Assembly (NCBI RefSeq): GCF_009914755.1
Contig: NC_060925.1
From: the human T2T-CHM13v2.0 reference genome, Homo sapiens
Reading direction: 5' to 3' (one strand)
Length of the DNA stretch: 64,000 nucleotides
The position numbers were made by a program, and so were the translations under genes. Below the pieces are notes generated by a model. It saw only the letters and a program-made list of their open reading frames with translations, was not told the DNA's origin and made no database searches. Below are positions 28,166 to 42,300 of this stretch, in pieces. How positions within the stretch are numbered: position 1 is the stretch's first letter; each line of letters begins with the position of its first letter.

Positions 28166-31100
28166 TGTGTAGAAAAGGGGCAGCCAGGCTGTGGGAGGGA
28201 CTCCTGAGGGCGCTGTAGGGGACCGCATGGTGGGTGGCTGCACTTCTGCAAAGAGCTCTCAGCACCCCCTTAAACAGGAAGCAGACCTCAATGTGAAATC
28301 CCTTTTCACATGGCCTTTCTCCAAAAAGGGCCCCCGTGGCTCAAAGCGGGCAGTCACTCACTGCCCAGGAGAGGAAAGAGGCTGGGGGGAGATGTCCACA
28401 GGGGGTGCCAGCTGGATGGTGGGGCGGGATGCCCACAGGAAGGTGAGGCTCAGCCCCTCCCCACACTCCCCTGCCTGCCCGAGACAAAGTCGAAGCTCCA
28501 AGCCATGCAGGGAAGCAGAGACCTGCTCGCCCACTCACAGGACGCTGGGGGAGGAGGGGACTCAAGATCAGGTGGAGGAAGTGCTCCTTTGAGACAGGCC
28601 AGCCCAGGGAGCCAACAGGTGGCAGGCGAAAGCCACCCAGAGCTCCTAGGTGCTAGGGGCGGGCTCTCACCTGCACTCCCCAGGCCCCTGGTCCCAATGT
28701 CAGGAAGACAGTGTTGACTCTCCAGGACAAGTCACAAATCTCAGAGCATGCCCCAGAGCCACTGAGCACATGTCGGCGGGAGCCAGAGTCCCAAGAAGCC
28801 CCGACGTGCAGACGCCACCAGCAACTGCATCACATTCTCCTTAGTGCCACCCTTCTGCCCCCGCCATGCCCAGCATTGTTTGGTGACCGGCCCTTCCCTT
28901 TCTCTGTGACATGTCTCAAACTCTCTTGCCCTGGGACTCAGCATGTGAGGTAACCCTGGGCTCCAGCCTCCTCACCCTGTCATGGAAAGGCCACATTCTA
29001 GAGGTGACCATGAGCAGCCAGTCTTGGGAGAGGCCCTGCAGCCAAGGGTTCTGGATGAACGCATTTGGGGGAAGGCACAGTCCATGGCCCAAATGGAACT
29101 AGCCTGGCACCCCAGGGAAATGCCATGGAAGCTGGGTCCCACACAGCCCCCTTGGGAAGGGCTGGGCTGCAGCTGGGGGCCTGATTTGCAGTCAAGCAAG
29201 CCTGGTGCAGAACTGCACCAAGCTGCTGCCTGGCTGGGTGGCCCTGATGAGTCACTGAACCTCCTGGTGACAGAACCCTCCTGCTTACACTGGAACATGA
29301 CCCATCTCCCAGAATGGCGGTGAGAACGCAATGGGATAAATAATGGAAGCATCTAGCATAGCCCTTGGAACAAGAAGGGTCCTTAGGATTTGTGTGCAGG
29401 AAAGATCGGGCTGGGTGCACCCTGCTTCTGGGGAGACCTTCCTCTTCCCCTCCACACATACTCCTCTCTCATCCTCTTCCCTCTGCCTGCCAAGATGGGT
29501 TACATGGGTACCAGCCACGGTCACTCTAGATCTCTCTTGAGAGCACTAGGGTGCAATCAGAGAGAAGCTGCGGAAGTCAAGCGGCTGGGTGGGGGCAGCC
29601 CTGGGGCAGGAAGCGGGGCTCCTGTCCCCAGCAGGAGCAGGCAGGTTCTGGGGCAGCCTGGCCCTGTGCTTGGCTGGCTGTGTCTTTGGGACAGCCGACT
29701 TCCAGAAATGCCCAGCCAGTGTTCTTCACACAGGCCGTACTTTTTTGGCCAGGTCTGAGTGGACACCACTTGGATTATTCTCCATGTGGTCACCTGCGAA
29801 GTCCTGCTGCTGTCTGGGTTGGAAGGAAGGGCTGGGCCTCCCCTGAGAGGACACATTCTGGTGCACCAGTGGATGCCATCCTGGGTCAGAAATCAGACTC
29901 GGGAAAAGCAAAGGCCTCGGGCTGGCTGGGGGCATGTTCTTTCTCCTCCCTGCCCTATCCCAGGTCCCTGTGGGCTAAAGATAGTAAGGAACTTGGATGG
30001 TGGGAGGGAGGTGGCCAGGGATGGCTCAAGAGCAAACAGTGGGGCCTGTGCTTCTCCATCCCCCATTCTTTCCCTGTGAGTGATGGCGAGAGAACACAAC
30101 AGTCAGTGGCAGGGTGTGATTTTAGGACAGAACTCCCAGGAGGAGAGAGAAGAAAGGAAAGAAGGAAAGAAATGCTGGCTGGCTTAGCTCTCTTCTCTCC
30201 TGGCCTCTGTCTCTGTCTCTCTCTCTCTCACACACACACCCCTCTTTCTCAATCTGCTCTTATGAGAAATAATCCGGTTAAACCAGTCACAGTGGACACA
30301 GCCTTCTGCTCTGAGCTCTGAGTCTCCGTGCCTGGCCTCCCAGACAGCCCTGCAAGGAAGCATGGGGGGGCTTGGCATCTGGCCGTCCAGCCCGGGTGCT
30401 GCAGTGAGGGCCAGCCCCACAACATGAGCACCGCACGCTGGACACCATGGGGGCCGACAGCCTTAGGGAGGTTCACCAAGCCTGCACAGGGGAGAAGGAG
30501 CCGTGCTGTGGATGACTCAGGGTGGAAGGGCAGCAGTTTGAGAGGTAATGAGAAAACCCGGCTGCCTAAAACTGAGCCCCGAGATCACAGCAGCCGGCCT
30601 CAGGCATCCCTGTCTGCTCTCTGCCCTGCCTCCTCAAGCCCCCTCTTCCTCTCTCCTCTTCCCTGGAGTCCTCTCCAGGCTTATCCCCTGGGCAGGTGTC
30701 AGGGTGAGCCTGAGCCCCTGTCAGGAACCTGGGGGTGGGAGCCAGTCCTGCACACAGGCCCAGTGACTGCTCCGGGCTCACCTGGGGCCCTGCGGTGACC
30801 TGCCATGTGGGTTTCTTGAGTTCCGTCAGGGGCTTCCTCCTCCTTTTAGGCAGATACAGGTCTTTTTTGGGAAACCAGCATGTTCTACTAGCCACTCTCT
30901 CTTCCCACTCACCAGGGCTGGGGAAATGGAAAGACCTCGATTCCCATCTCCCCTGCAGCTCACACAGCAGGAAGTCACCATCCTGCGACCTCCCTACCTG
31001 GTGGCTCCCCGCACCCCCAGCGATCCCACCTGAACCAAGGGCAGCTCTCTCTTCCTTCTCTCTAGGGGGCCTCAGAACCCAGCCGGTGCCCTTTTTCTGG

Positions 31101-31346
31101 TTCCGCCAGCCCCTGGCTTCTGCTCACTGGAGAAGGAAAGGGGCCATCATGGGCAAAGCCCAGGTCCCGGAACCCTCTGCAAATAATGGGAGATGCCTGG
31201 GGATGGGGAGGCTCTAATTGGTCCAACAGCCTCCTCAGCCTGCCCTTGCACCTGTGAGGCCTCCGGGAAGCCCTGAGTGCCACGCTGTGCACCTGCCATG
31301 TGGCTTGCACTGAGGCAGGCATGTGGGCTGCGAGAAGCCTGGCTCA

Positions 31347-31691
<345 letters not shown>

Positions 31692-32734
31692 CTATGGACT
31701 GAGCACCTTAAGGGGAGTGGGTTCAAGACCTAGTCCCCACTCACTAACTGTAATTCTGAGCTGGTTCCCCAGCTTCCTTGACTCCAGACTCCTCCTCACC
31801 AGTGTTCCCTGCTGGAAGGGTACAGAGCTAGGTGAGAGACTGAGGTGCCACGACCCAGTCATTCCTTAGTGTTGCTATTTTCATCCTCACCTCCATCATC
31901 AGCCCTGCTTCTCGGCAACGAAGGTGTCTCCTGGCCTCAGTAGAGAAACCCTGATTGGACAGGATTCAGAGCCAAGGTGGGGAGATACAGCAGGCTGAGA
32001 AGCTGGGGGGCCTAAGGCTCAGCCCACCTGGGTGGCACTTCTTCTGAGCCAGACCAAGTAAGTATTCACACAGGCTGTCCATCCATGTGCCTTGAGTTGG
32101 GCCAGTGTGGCCAACGAGGTAAGCGAAATGCGGGACCTTGTGCTGGCCTGAGGAGGCTGGTGAAGTCACGAAGGCCAAGTCCACAGGCAGCCCCTGACAT
32201 GTCTCCAGATGACAGTGCTTCCAGAGGGTCCTACATGTGGGCTAGATGGCTCTGGGGCCTCGGCTCCAGATGTCCCTTCTCCCCGGCACTGCCTGGACTC
32301 AGCTCCTAGCCACCTTCCTCCCAACACCGCACACCGCCCTGCAGTTATGGGGTGGCTTGGCCGCATCTTCCACCAGCTGCAGGCTCCCTCAGGGCAGAAA
32401 CTACATCTCCATTAATGCCGCAACCCCCAGGACCATGGCAATTTAGGCACACAGTAGGTGCTCAATGAAGGGGTTAGCTTTGCCTCTTTGTCCAGGGTGA
32501 CAAATGGCAGGTAAGCTATAAAGACTGATGGCTTCATCTGTCTTATTGAATACAACGGGAAGAGAGACAGAAAGAAAGAGACTGGAAGAGACAGAGATAA
32601 GAGCCAGAGACCGAGGGAGGGGAGGATGCATGTTTTGGAGGATGGGGGTAACACAGACTCCAGAGAGGTCCGTTGTCTATGGCATTTACAAGGCATTGGT
32701 AAGGCCGCAGCCTGCAAGTGTGGCTGTGATTTCA

Positions 32735-32953
<219 letters not shown>

Positions 32954-33454
32954 CTAGAAACAAACAAACAAAAAGCTCTACATTAGAAAGACAACCACTA
33001 ATTTCTGGTTAGGACAAATTCAAAGCAAAGGCCCTCATTGCCTGTGGCCACAAGATGGGAAGGGCCCTTGACGGGCTCTGAGGACCTTGCCACCACCATC
33101 ACCTATGCGGCACATGGTGGGAGGTGGCTTTACCCCATTTAACAAACAGCCTGAGCAAAATGCTCAGGGGAACTCCCCTGTCCCAAGAGCAACGACCCCT
33201 CCAAGGAAGGCTGGAGAGGACACAACCACCCAGCCGCACCACATTAGTTCATATTCAATTCGTAGATGCGGAGGCACCAGAGGCACCTCTTGCCTGCGAG
33301 TGGTTTGAAGAGAGACTTTAAAGAAATTCCTCAGAACAGAACCTGCACCGATGGCTTCAGGTCACACAGGAGGGAGCAAGCCCACAGCTCTCTCCTCTGC
33401 ACCGCGCTCCGCCCTCTCAGGATGTTTCTTCAGTGAAAACAGCCAGGACTGGGA

Positions 33455-33792
33455 GTGTGCATGTGTGTGTGCGTGTGTGTGCATGTGTGTGTGCATATGT
33501 GTGCATGAGTGTGTGCGTATGTGTGCATATGTGATATATGTGCATGTGTGCATGTGATTGTGTGCATGTGTGCATGAGTGTGTGTGCATGTGTGATATGT
33601 GCATGAGTGTGTGCGTATGTGTGCGTGTGTGTGCATGTGTGATATGTGCATGTATGTGCATATGTGTGCATCAGTGTGTGCATGCGTGATATGTGCATGT
33701 GTGTGATGTGTGCATGTGTGTGCATGCGTGTGTGATATGCACATATGTGTGCATGAGTGTGTGCGTGTGCATGTGTGTGCGTGCATGTGTGT
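33455..33792. repeat. TG/TGCA-rich simple repeat (~340 bp)
   Basis: GTGTGCATGTGT-type degenerate repeats, almost entirely alternating purine/pyrimidine. Confidence 0.93.
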
Positions 33793-36700
33793 TTGGGGAG
33801 AGCAGGCCCTTTGGGCAGAAAGGAGAACTAAGGTATATTGAGCATCTTATTTTATTTTCTCAATGAGCATGCAAGTCAATTCTTTTCTATTTCCATCTGG
33901 TGGAGCCTGAGCCTCAGAGAGGTAAATGACGAAGCTGGGATTTAAACATTCATTTATACAACTACTTGAAAATAAATAAAATTAATAAAATTCTTTTCTT
34001 CCCCAGCAAAAACAAACAAAACAAAACAAAAAAACAAAAAAAAAACATATTTTTAGAAAAAATATCCTTAAGTGAACTTTAATAAGAACAGGCTGCAGAG
34101 ATGAAGATCAAGTGTCCCCAAAATACACCCGTCCTCAGGGGGGCGATGAGAACCTGAATGAGAAGCATTGTGAGTTCCTGAGAAAGTGGATCCTGGACCA
34201 GCTAAACCACGGAGAGCAGAAGCCATGTGGCTTGCAGAGGAGATGAGGGTGGTACTGCCTGACAGGGGGACACACTGAAGATGTGGTTCCCACTCCTTGC
34301 CCCGAAGCGCCCAGCTGCAGCCCTCAGGGGTCAGCGGCGGCTGCTGGGTCCCCAAGGTGAAGTCAAGGTGAAATCGGCCTCCTTTGTTTTTTCTCTCTTT
34401 GCTGAGACTCAGCCGCTTCTGTCATCAGGTTTTCAAGTTAAAATCTATTTAAGGAGAGGAATTCTTCCTTACTAAACCTGGTAATTCTTATCCCCATCCC
34501 AGAAACTCTCACCCCACCGCCAAGACCAATTCTATTCTTAAGAGAGGGCAGCGCCCCATGAGGCCATGTGACAAAAGGGCCGAGGCTTTACTGACAAGGA
34601 TGTTTTTCCTAGATCCTTCTGATGGAGATCGCCAAAGAAGGCTAGAGCCAGCGGAGGCATTTCTTATCTAAGCACCCAGAAGGCTGCATAAACAATCAGG
34701 GCACACAATGCATGAGGGCAACAATGGAAAAACCTCATTACACAAGATGAGCCCAGCAGTGGCTCGTGGGGACGCCCCTGCTCAGGGGGAAGCCATTACG
34801 GTGGGTCCAGGGGGAGAGTGCACAGCCGGTCACCACCCGTGGGTCACATCCCTGCAGCAGAGCTCAGAGAGGACAGGGGCTGACAGGCTTCAGGGGTGGT
34901 GTGGGAGGAGGGGAGCCCAGAGTGTCTCAATCCAGGGCTCGCCCTAACCCATGCCATGTCCCTATCAGGGGAGAACACACATTGCACTGTTTCACAGTCC
35001 CTCCTGGGGCCTCAGTTTCCTGTGTCCGGTGAGGGACAGACAGCTGGTATACCAGGCTCCTTGGATGGATGGACACTCTAGGGCCCTGGAAAGTGACCTT
35101 CCCTCATCCCAACAGCAATGGCCCCTCCGAGGAAGACTAGAGAGGGCTACTCTCCCAGCTGCAGCGTGCCAGTTTATATTTTATGTATACAGGAGGAGGC
35201 AAATGAGCATGCATGGAGGAAGGGTCCCAGGACCCTAGAAGGCAGCTCACTGTGGAGAAGGAGGGAGCTTACGGAGGCTGCACCCACCAGAGACAGCTGG
35301 GGGCCAGACTCAGTGGAGAGAAAGAGAAGACTACAGCTGGCAGCGGGAGTGTGGGGACAAAGGCCCGGGGACTGGAACTGGGAGTGGTTGGGAACCAGAC
35401 CTGCTATGGGCATGGGGGCTGCAGACAGAGGGAGATAGGTGAGCAGGCGAGGCCTCGGGAGAGCGTGGGGCGTTGAGGCAGGCCAACCTGGGCCCGAGTC
35501 CCGGCTCCCCTTTTCCTCCTCAATGACTGACCTTGAACAAGTTCTTAGTCCTTGTTTGTAAAAAGAGCGACACATAGATTCCCATTCTCCCAGGAGATAA
35601 AGCTGTCAGGAGATGTGGGTACCAGGGTGTCTGTGGGAGGGTCTTTAGCCCTCTGTGTTCAAGGAGGGGACCCAGGTGTCTCTGAAGTTACTTCAAGAAT
35701 GGTCAGTCCTGTGCTAGGTGGAGTTGCTGGCCTAGGTTCTGAACAATAAAGACCTCGGAGCCTGGGGCAGGGTCATGCCCATCCTGTTGGGGTGCAGCTC
35801 TCCAGAGACCCACAAGACACAGTGAGCAGGGAGCCTGTGACCCAGGAAGGTGAACAGATGCTGGGCGAGACAGTGTGGCTTAGCCTCTGCAAGGCCATTT
35901 GAAGCTAAGAAACTTCCAGTTCTTGGACCTCTCCCAGAGGCTAAAGACCAGGGGTCTAGAAAGGAGGGGGTGCTCCAGGGTGGGGGTCTTCTGACAGTTC
36001 AAAGGATCCACAAGCCTCTCACATCGCTGAGCTCTGACCAAACCAGGCACCTTTACCGCTTGGCTCCCCTCTGCCCACACCTCCTCCATTTCTTCACCAT
36101 GAAAATAGGTCCCACGTGGCCAAGGCCCTGAGAGTCCCCCAGTCCCAAGGCTGCTCTGCCTGGATGAGGGCCGTGGAATATTCCACTTGTGAGAATGCCA
36201 TGCACTTGCACTGGAGACCTCTTTTCTCTCTGCCAGCAGCAGCACACAGGGTTTCCCCATGGTTTTTAAATAGCAGCACCCAGGCAGTGCCTAATGTCAC
36301 TGCCAAGCAGTAAACAGAAAAAGCCATTTCCAGGTCCAGGCTGGGGGAAGGAGGGAAGGAGGGCTGCAGGGTGACCCCAACCACTCCAGCCTAGCCCCTA
36401 GGAGCAGAGATGAACTAAAGGATGGGAGGAGATTCCAGAGAATCAATGTCCTTGTGATGGTCGGGGAGACCACAGCATCTGCCTCAGGAACCAAATCCAC
36501 TCCAGGCACACGCCGCTTTCCAGGAGCGGACAGGCTAACAGCCCTCCCTCCAAGCACTGGCTGGAGGAAGCCCCAGTCCTCAGAAATGGACTCCAGGCCT
36601 CATCCCCCAGATAAGACAGGTAACAAGGCAAGAAAGGAGGACAACCCAGAAGAATCCCACCCAGAGGGGTTTATCCCGTGCCCCTCCAGCCCTCCCTTGT

Positions 36701-39074
36701 GGGAGATATTCAAGAGTGAGCTCTCCACAGCAGCCTCTGTCTCTTCTCTGTCTGAAATCAGACCCCGTCCCAGGTCTCCAGCCTCTCAAGCCCAGCTCTA
36801 GGAAATACAAAAGTGGCCTTCAAATGCCTTGAACGTGGTGTGGCAAAGGGTACCTGGTCCCCTGCCCAGGGCAGAGCTGGCCACCTGCTCCTGCATCACC
36901 TCCCAGTCATCAGGGGAATCGAGACATCCCTTGTGGACACCTCCCGGAGTGCTCCCAAAGCTCCCTATGTGTGGCAGGTCCCTGCTGGCCTCCTGGGGCT
37001 GTGAGCCTCTCTTTGGCAGACCTGGGGCAGGTGGCCAGCTCTGCTGTGACCCTTACTTCCTCACACACAGATGTGGGGTCGGCCTAGCCAGTGGATGTGC
37101 TGGGTTTCTTCCTAAGCTGGCTGAGTAGTACTGTGCAGGGGGACTTGCTGCTGGCCGGCATTGCTTTTGTCATCTCTCGGGGAGATAGGAGGGCCCATTT
37201 CTGCAGGCGTGCACCAGTACCATGGCACGGTGTGTACACTCATACCTGTTACCACTTATGGGGCTCTCGCTATGTGACAGGCCCGGGTTAGAGAATTATG
37301 GCCTTGTTCCTATGTTCTAGTTAGGAGTGTTTTCTCCATTTTACAGATGAAAGAGTCTGAGGCTCAGCAAGTTACTTCTCCAAAGTCATCCCATTCTATG
37401 CCCTGCCAGTAGGTACCATGCACATGGGGAGCCTCTAGCCAGTTCACCCACTTCCGTGCCTATCAACGAGTGAGGGCCCACCTCCGAGTGCCCCTTCCAG
37501 TCTCGAGACAGCAGGATGAGGGGACAAGAGGCAGAAGACTGGGCAGGAAGGACAAGAGCAAGATTCCTCCAGGGCGGTTCCCCTGGACAGCCAGGGTGCC
37601 AGCCCAGTGAAGTTTTCTGGCTGCTCCGTTAGCAGAGGAGCCCAGGGCCCCTGGTGCCCCTAAAGCTGGCCACCGAAACCCCAGATACATCCCTCCCTGG
37701 GGCTGCTCAGGTGCCACTTCCGGTGCAGCTGTCAGATGACACAAGGTTTAAGCTCTCCCATGTGTCAGATCAGAGCAGCCAGACACTTCTAGACTCCGGA
37801 TGGAGTTCTGCACTTGTGATGTTCTTGAGGACACTTCGGTGGAAAGGAAAGCACCACAACGCAGGGGTGCCCCTGGGTAGGTAAAGGGCAGTGGAGTGGG
37901 CTGGAGACACACGGCTTTTACTTTGATTCTGGGCAGGGTGGTTAAACCAACTGAAGACCAGGCATGAGGTCTTTCAGGTAACCCCCGGCCTCACAGGCTT
38001 GGATGCGAACCAGCTGGGGAACTCCCTAGGTGGCTGCACTCCTGGTTACAAGAGCACTGGTCTGAGCTTTGCTTAGCTGCTCCTCTGCAGGCAGGGTGGG
38101 CAGTGCCTGCTGCTGACATTTGTCACCCCTGCCTGTTGCAACCTGGACCCTGCTCTGTAAGAGAGTCTCGTGCTGAACTCCAGAAGCGCAGGGAAAGATG
38201 GAGCTTCAATTCACTCAGAGAAATGTGGAAAGAAAGGATCAGAAAACAGCCGGACCAGGGTGAGGGAGGGGTGGTGGTGGTGGGGAGGGGAGTGATTCTT
38301 TGAAACTCAAGAGAGGCCTGGAGACCTCTGGTGTGGTTTTGTCCCCTGGCACCCGACTTGAAAGAGCTAAAATATTCAGAGAATGTGGAGAGAGATTTGT
38401 AGTGGGAGGGAAAAAATCTGACAACAAAACCCCAACCATCTTTGCATTGGAGGAGACAGGAAGTCAGAGGCGAAGGGAGCTTGAGGAGCCGGCAGACAGC
38501 AGCCACATTCCCCTGCAACAGAGAGAAGCCTGCCCCAGCTCCCGATTCTGCTCCCCACGTCACCTGGGAGTAGGAAGCCCTCGCCTTGGGGAAGCTCAGG
38601 GCATGCCACATTTTGTCTCCCTTTTCCTCTTCCCCTTTTCCCAGAAGTTCCTGGTCTGAAGAGCAGATGGGAATCTACTCCCTGGGGGCCAAGGCCTACA
38701 CAGAATGATCTCCTCCTGCTCAACACACAGAGCCATAAAACAGACCCAGGGTTCTGTGGCAGGTGGGTGTGGAGCCTTCCTGGGCAAGCAGTTACTCCTC
38801 CCCACCTCCAGCCCATCCTTGGAGCTGCCCCGAGCCAGTGGGGCTGCCTGGGGAGGGTCTGATTCTGTGTGTTTTTCTGGATCAAGTCCCAACCCTCCCG
38901 TGATGCTAACGGTTCCTGGGTGACGCCATCCTCCCCGGGTCCTTCCCATCAGGCATCCTCAGTCATGCTGTACGGAAACACTGCCTTCAACAAATCAGAG
39001 GGCAAACGGGCATAACCTCCAGGTCTAGCCTTTGTCGTTCATAAGGCAGGCAAAAAAGGACTGCTGGGGACAGG

Positions 39075-39315
39075 GGAAGAGGAGGAAGGAGGAAGAGGAA
39101 GAAGAGGAGAAGAGTGAAGAGGGGGAGGAGGAAGAGGAGGGAGGAGGGAGGAAGAAGAGGAGAGAGAAGGGAGAGCAGGAGGAGGGTACGAAGAGGAAAG
39201 AGGAGGAGGAAGAGGACAGGGAAGAGGAGAGAAGAAGGAAGAAGAGGAGGTGGGGAGGAGGGGAGGAGGAAGAGGAGGGCAGGAGGAAGAAGAGGGAGGA
39301 AGGAGGGGAAGGAGA
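39075..39315. repeat. Polypurine (GAG/GGA)-rich low-complexity tract
   Basis: Read directly; source of the E/R/G-rich ORFs at 39032-39456. Confidence 0.95.
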
Positions 39316-42300
39316 GACCCAGGTTTACCCTACTCTAGGCTGTGGGGATGTGTGGGCCTCTGGCCACCCCACTTACAAAATGCTTTAGCTATCATCAGGA
39401 TCATCTACATAACATGCAAAATGAAAATGAGGGGTCCCTTGTCCAAAATTCAGTAAGAATGTCATGATGGGGAAAGCAGAACTTCACCAAGCTCGGGGCC
39501 CTTCTCATGCCCTGTGACTGCTCAGCCAGGAAATGGGCCCTGCCTCCTGGGGAGGAAATGGCCCCCGTTAGGAGACAGCAGGTGACCCCAGGCCTGCAGG
39601 CCTCTGTGGCCTGCTCACAGCCAATGACCAGAGGCTCCTCAATCCTAGGGCAGGGGAGGGCTCAAGGCCACCGGCACCTGTGGCTCTCTTTTTGGGGCTC
39701 AGAGAAGTCCCCTGGAAAGGCCTGGCAGGAGCGGTGAGGATGCAACCAGACCTCAGCCTTCTGCATGTTGTTCAGAGTCTGGCCTTGCTTCCTGTCCCTG
39801 CAGTGCTGTCTGAGCCAGTCAGTGGCCACTTGCCCTGCCCAGCCCAGCCTTCTCCGCAGGAGGCCAAGCCACCCAGGGCCAGCACTGTCTGATCCTCAGC
39901 TCAGCCCACATGCCCCCTGGGGTCTGCTTCCTGTCTTCTTTCCAGCCAATTCCCGCCCCTCCAAACCAATGTTATATTTCTCAGTGCAATTTGGGGTGGG
40001 TAGAAGAAAGGGTTGTGACGCTGGGGGCAGACACTTGTATGTCGTGAGGACTGCAGGTCACTGGCAGCCCTGGTGACCCCCACTCCCATCCACACATGGC
40101 ACCATCTGCAGCGCACCCGGGCTCATATTCTCTCAGGCCTGTGGAGTTCTGCAGGCAACTTCTTGCTCCACACACCTGTCCCCACGCCACCTTAGGCCCG
40201 CAAGGGTGTCAGCTTCTGCTATTAGGGACTTTGCAGAAGAATGACTGAGGATGCTCAGGACTTAGCTAACTCCTGTGTGTATTTTAAAATGCAACCCAGA
40301 AACCCTCTTCCCAGGAAGCCTTCCATTGCCCCTCCTGGGTGCTTCCAAAGAGCCCTGGGCACGCTTCCATCCCAGTTCTTCTCTTTAACACAAGAAAGGG
40401 ACCTTGGTTTACCCTGGTGGGCGCTCAGAGACCCCCAGCAGGTTTCCTGAGTGCCTGGCTGGGCAGGTGCCAAGCCTCACAGCATCCAGGAGGAGGGAGA
40501 TCAAACTCAGCAGGTGTGGGAGGGGCTGCACTTGCCCATCTGGAGCCCGGTCAGAGGCTGCTGAAGAAATTTCACATTCTGGGCAGGTGCGGGCTCCACT
40601 TCATTTCCTTATCAGGGCCCTGACATTCCTCTCCCGGAAGCCACAGCTGTGCTGGGACAACTTCAGAGAAGCAAGGAGGACTTCAGGAAGGCAGCTCCTT
40701 CCAGTCCCAGTGTACCCCAAGACAGCTGCCCTTCCTCCAGCCCCCTTCTTGCTGATTTGGCCAGGCCCATAGTGGTTTCACCACCTTGCAAATTAAGGGC
40801 TGAAGCAACATACATACTCCTCTCCCCCTCCATCAAGATTTTAAAAGGCAGCCCACGGAGTTGGATGTTGTTCTAGAAGGCAGGATGATGACGCAGAATG
40901 CAATTCAAGTGTAGAGGTTGGAACGAACCTTTGTTCTGCAGCCTTCCAGCTGCAGCATGGGCAAACCTCGGTGTACACTGGGCACGGCAGGTATCAATGC
41001 ACACACCCTGCCCTCCCCATGCAGTCACCGTGAGAGCCTGAGCAGGTGACAGGCACAAACAGCTGCTCTGTAGACTGTCACAGACAGGCAAACCTTCCAG
41101 GCTCACTTTGGTTTTTTGCTTCTGTGTCTATTTTCTTAAATTGAAATGATTTTTTCCTCCAAGGCATAGCAGATTGGCAAGCATCCAACTAGGCACTTTC
41201 AGAGGGCCTGATCGTGGCCAGTGGTGATCAGATGAGGCTAACTGTGTGATTAATTGCTTACAAAGCTTCCCGTCCCATGCCCATCGCAGCTCCGGGAACT
41301 CATGGGGCAGTTCCTTAGGCCCCCAGATGTGTAACTTGGAAAGAGTCAGAGCCCAAGTGAGTCAATATCAGTTTCTGGTTCAAGTCACTGACGTTGCAAA
41401 AAGAAGAATGATTTCCCAAAGCATCTTATTTCATGTATGTGGAACTCTGCTAGGCACTGCCAAAGAAAGATATTTTCAAGGTGAATAATAAGATTGCTTG
41501 GCAAATTTCATTTTCTAGAGGGGGTTTACATTCTCTTCTTAGCCTCTTTTTCACCTGACTTGTTCCCTCAATTTGCTACTTTTTCCTCCAGCACTTCTCT
41601 TTTTATTTAAATAGTTTGATCACTTGGCTTTTATCTTTAGATAATCGTAAAGAAAGAGTCTCCCTTTGTTGTTGTTGTTGGGTAAAAGAGATGAGGGGAA
41701 ATCTCTAAAATATCAGAAATGGGAAATGATCCCTGGACCCTCTAACACTCCGAAAACGGTATTGCCAGCCGAACTCTGCTGCGTGTGTGCAAAGAGATCA
41801 CGTTACATGTCTAACATAGTGTTAGATACTAATAAGCTAATAGCTCAGGTAACTCTCACAACACTGATATTGTTGTCTCCATTTTGCAAATGATGAAACA
41901 TGTTGAGAGGGGTTTAGTAACTTGCAAAAGGTCACACAGCTTCCAGGTTTGTGCCACTTAATTCCAAGGATTTTGTCTCAGCCAACAGGATTACTGGGCT
42001 CCCATCATCTCTCTCGGACCTGGGGCTATCTGCTTCCCCCCTATTTATAAAATAGCCTCACATAAACAGCAAGGGCTTTGTCAGAAGAGTGACCTTTCAG
42101 ATGGGGGAGGCCTGAACAAAGGCCTACTCTCCCCTCCCTCCAAGTCTGTTCCCAGAACGTCCTTACTGACACACGCTCGGGGAAGGCACATCTAACAAAG
42201 CGTCGAAAGTGGATGAAGAACGCCCCTGCCAGGGGAGAATTTGTTCTGTGTCAAAGCCTTTGTTTTGCTCTTGCAAAAGTCTGAGTGAGAGTCATTGAGT

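Noticed and set aside
29551-30321. 256-aa antisense ORF (similarly 44230-44922, 230 aa)
   Set aside because: No recognisable homology, non-ATG start, and expected by chance in GC-rich intron.
33351-33786. His/Thr-rich and Cys/Val-rich ORFs (similarly 20851-21345 and 27783-28251)
   Set aside because: Translations of CA/TG simple repeats.
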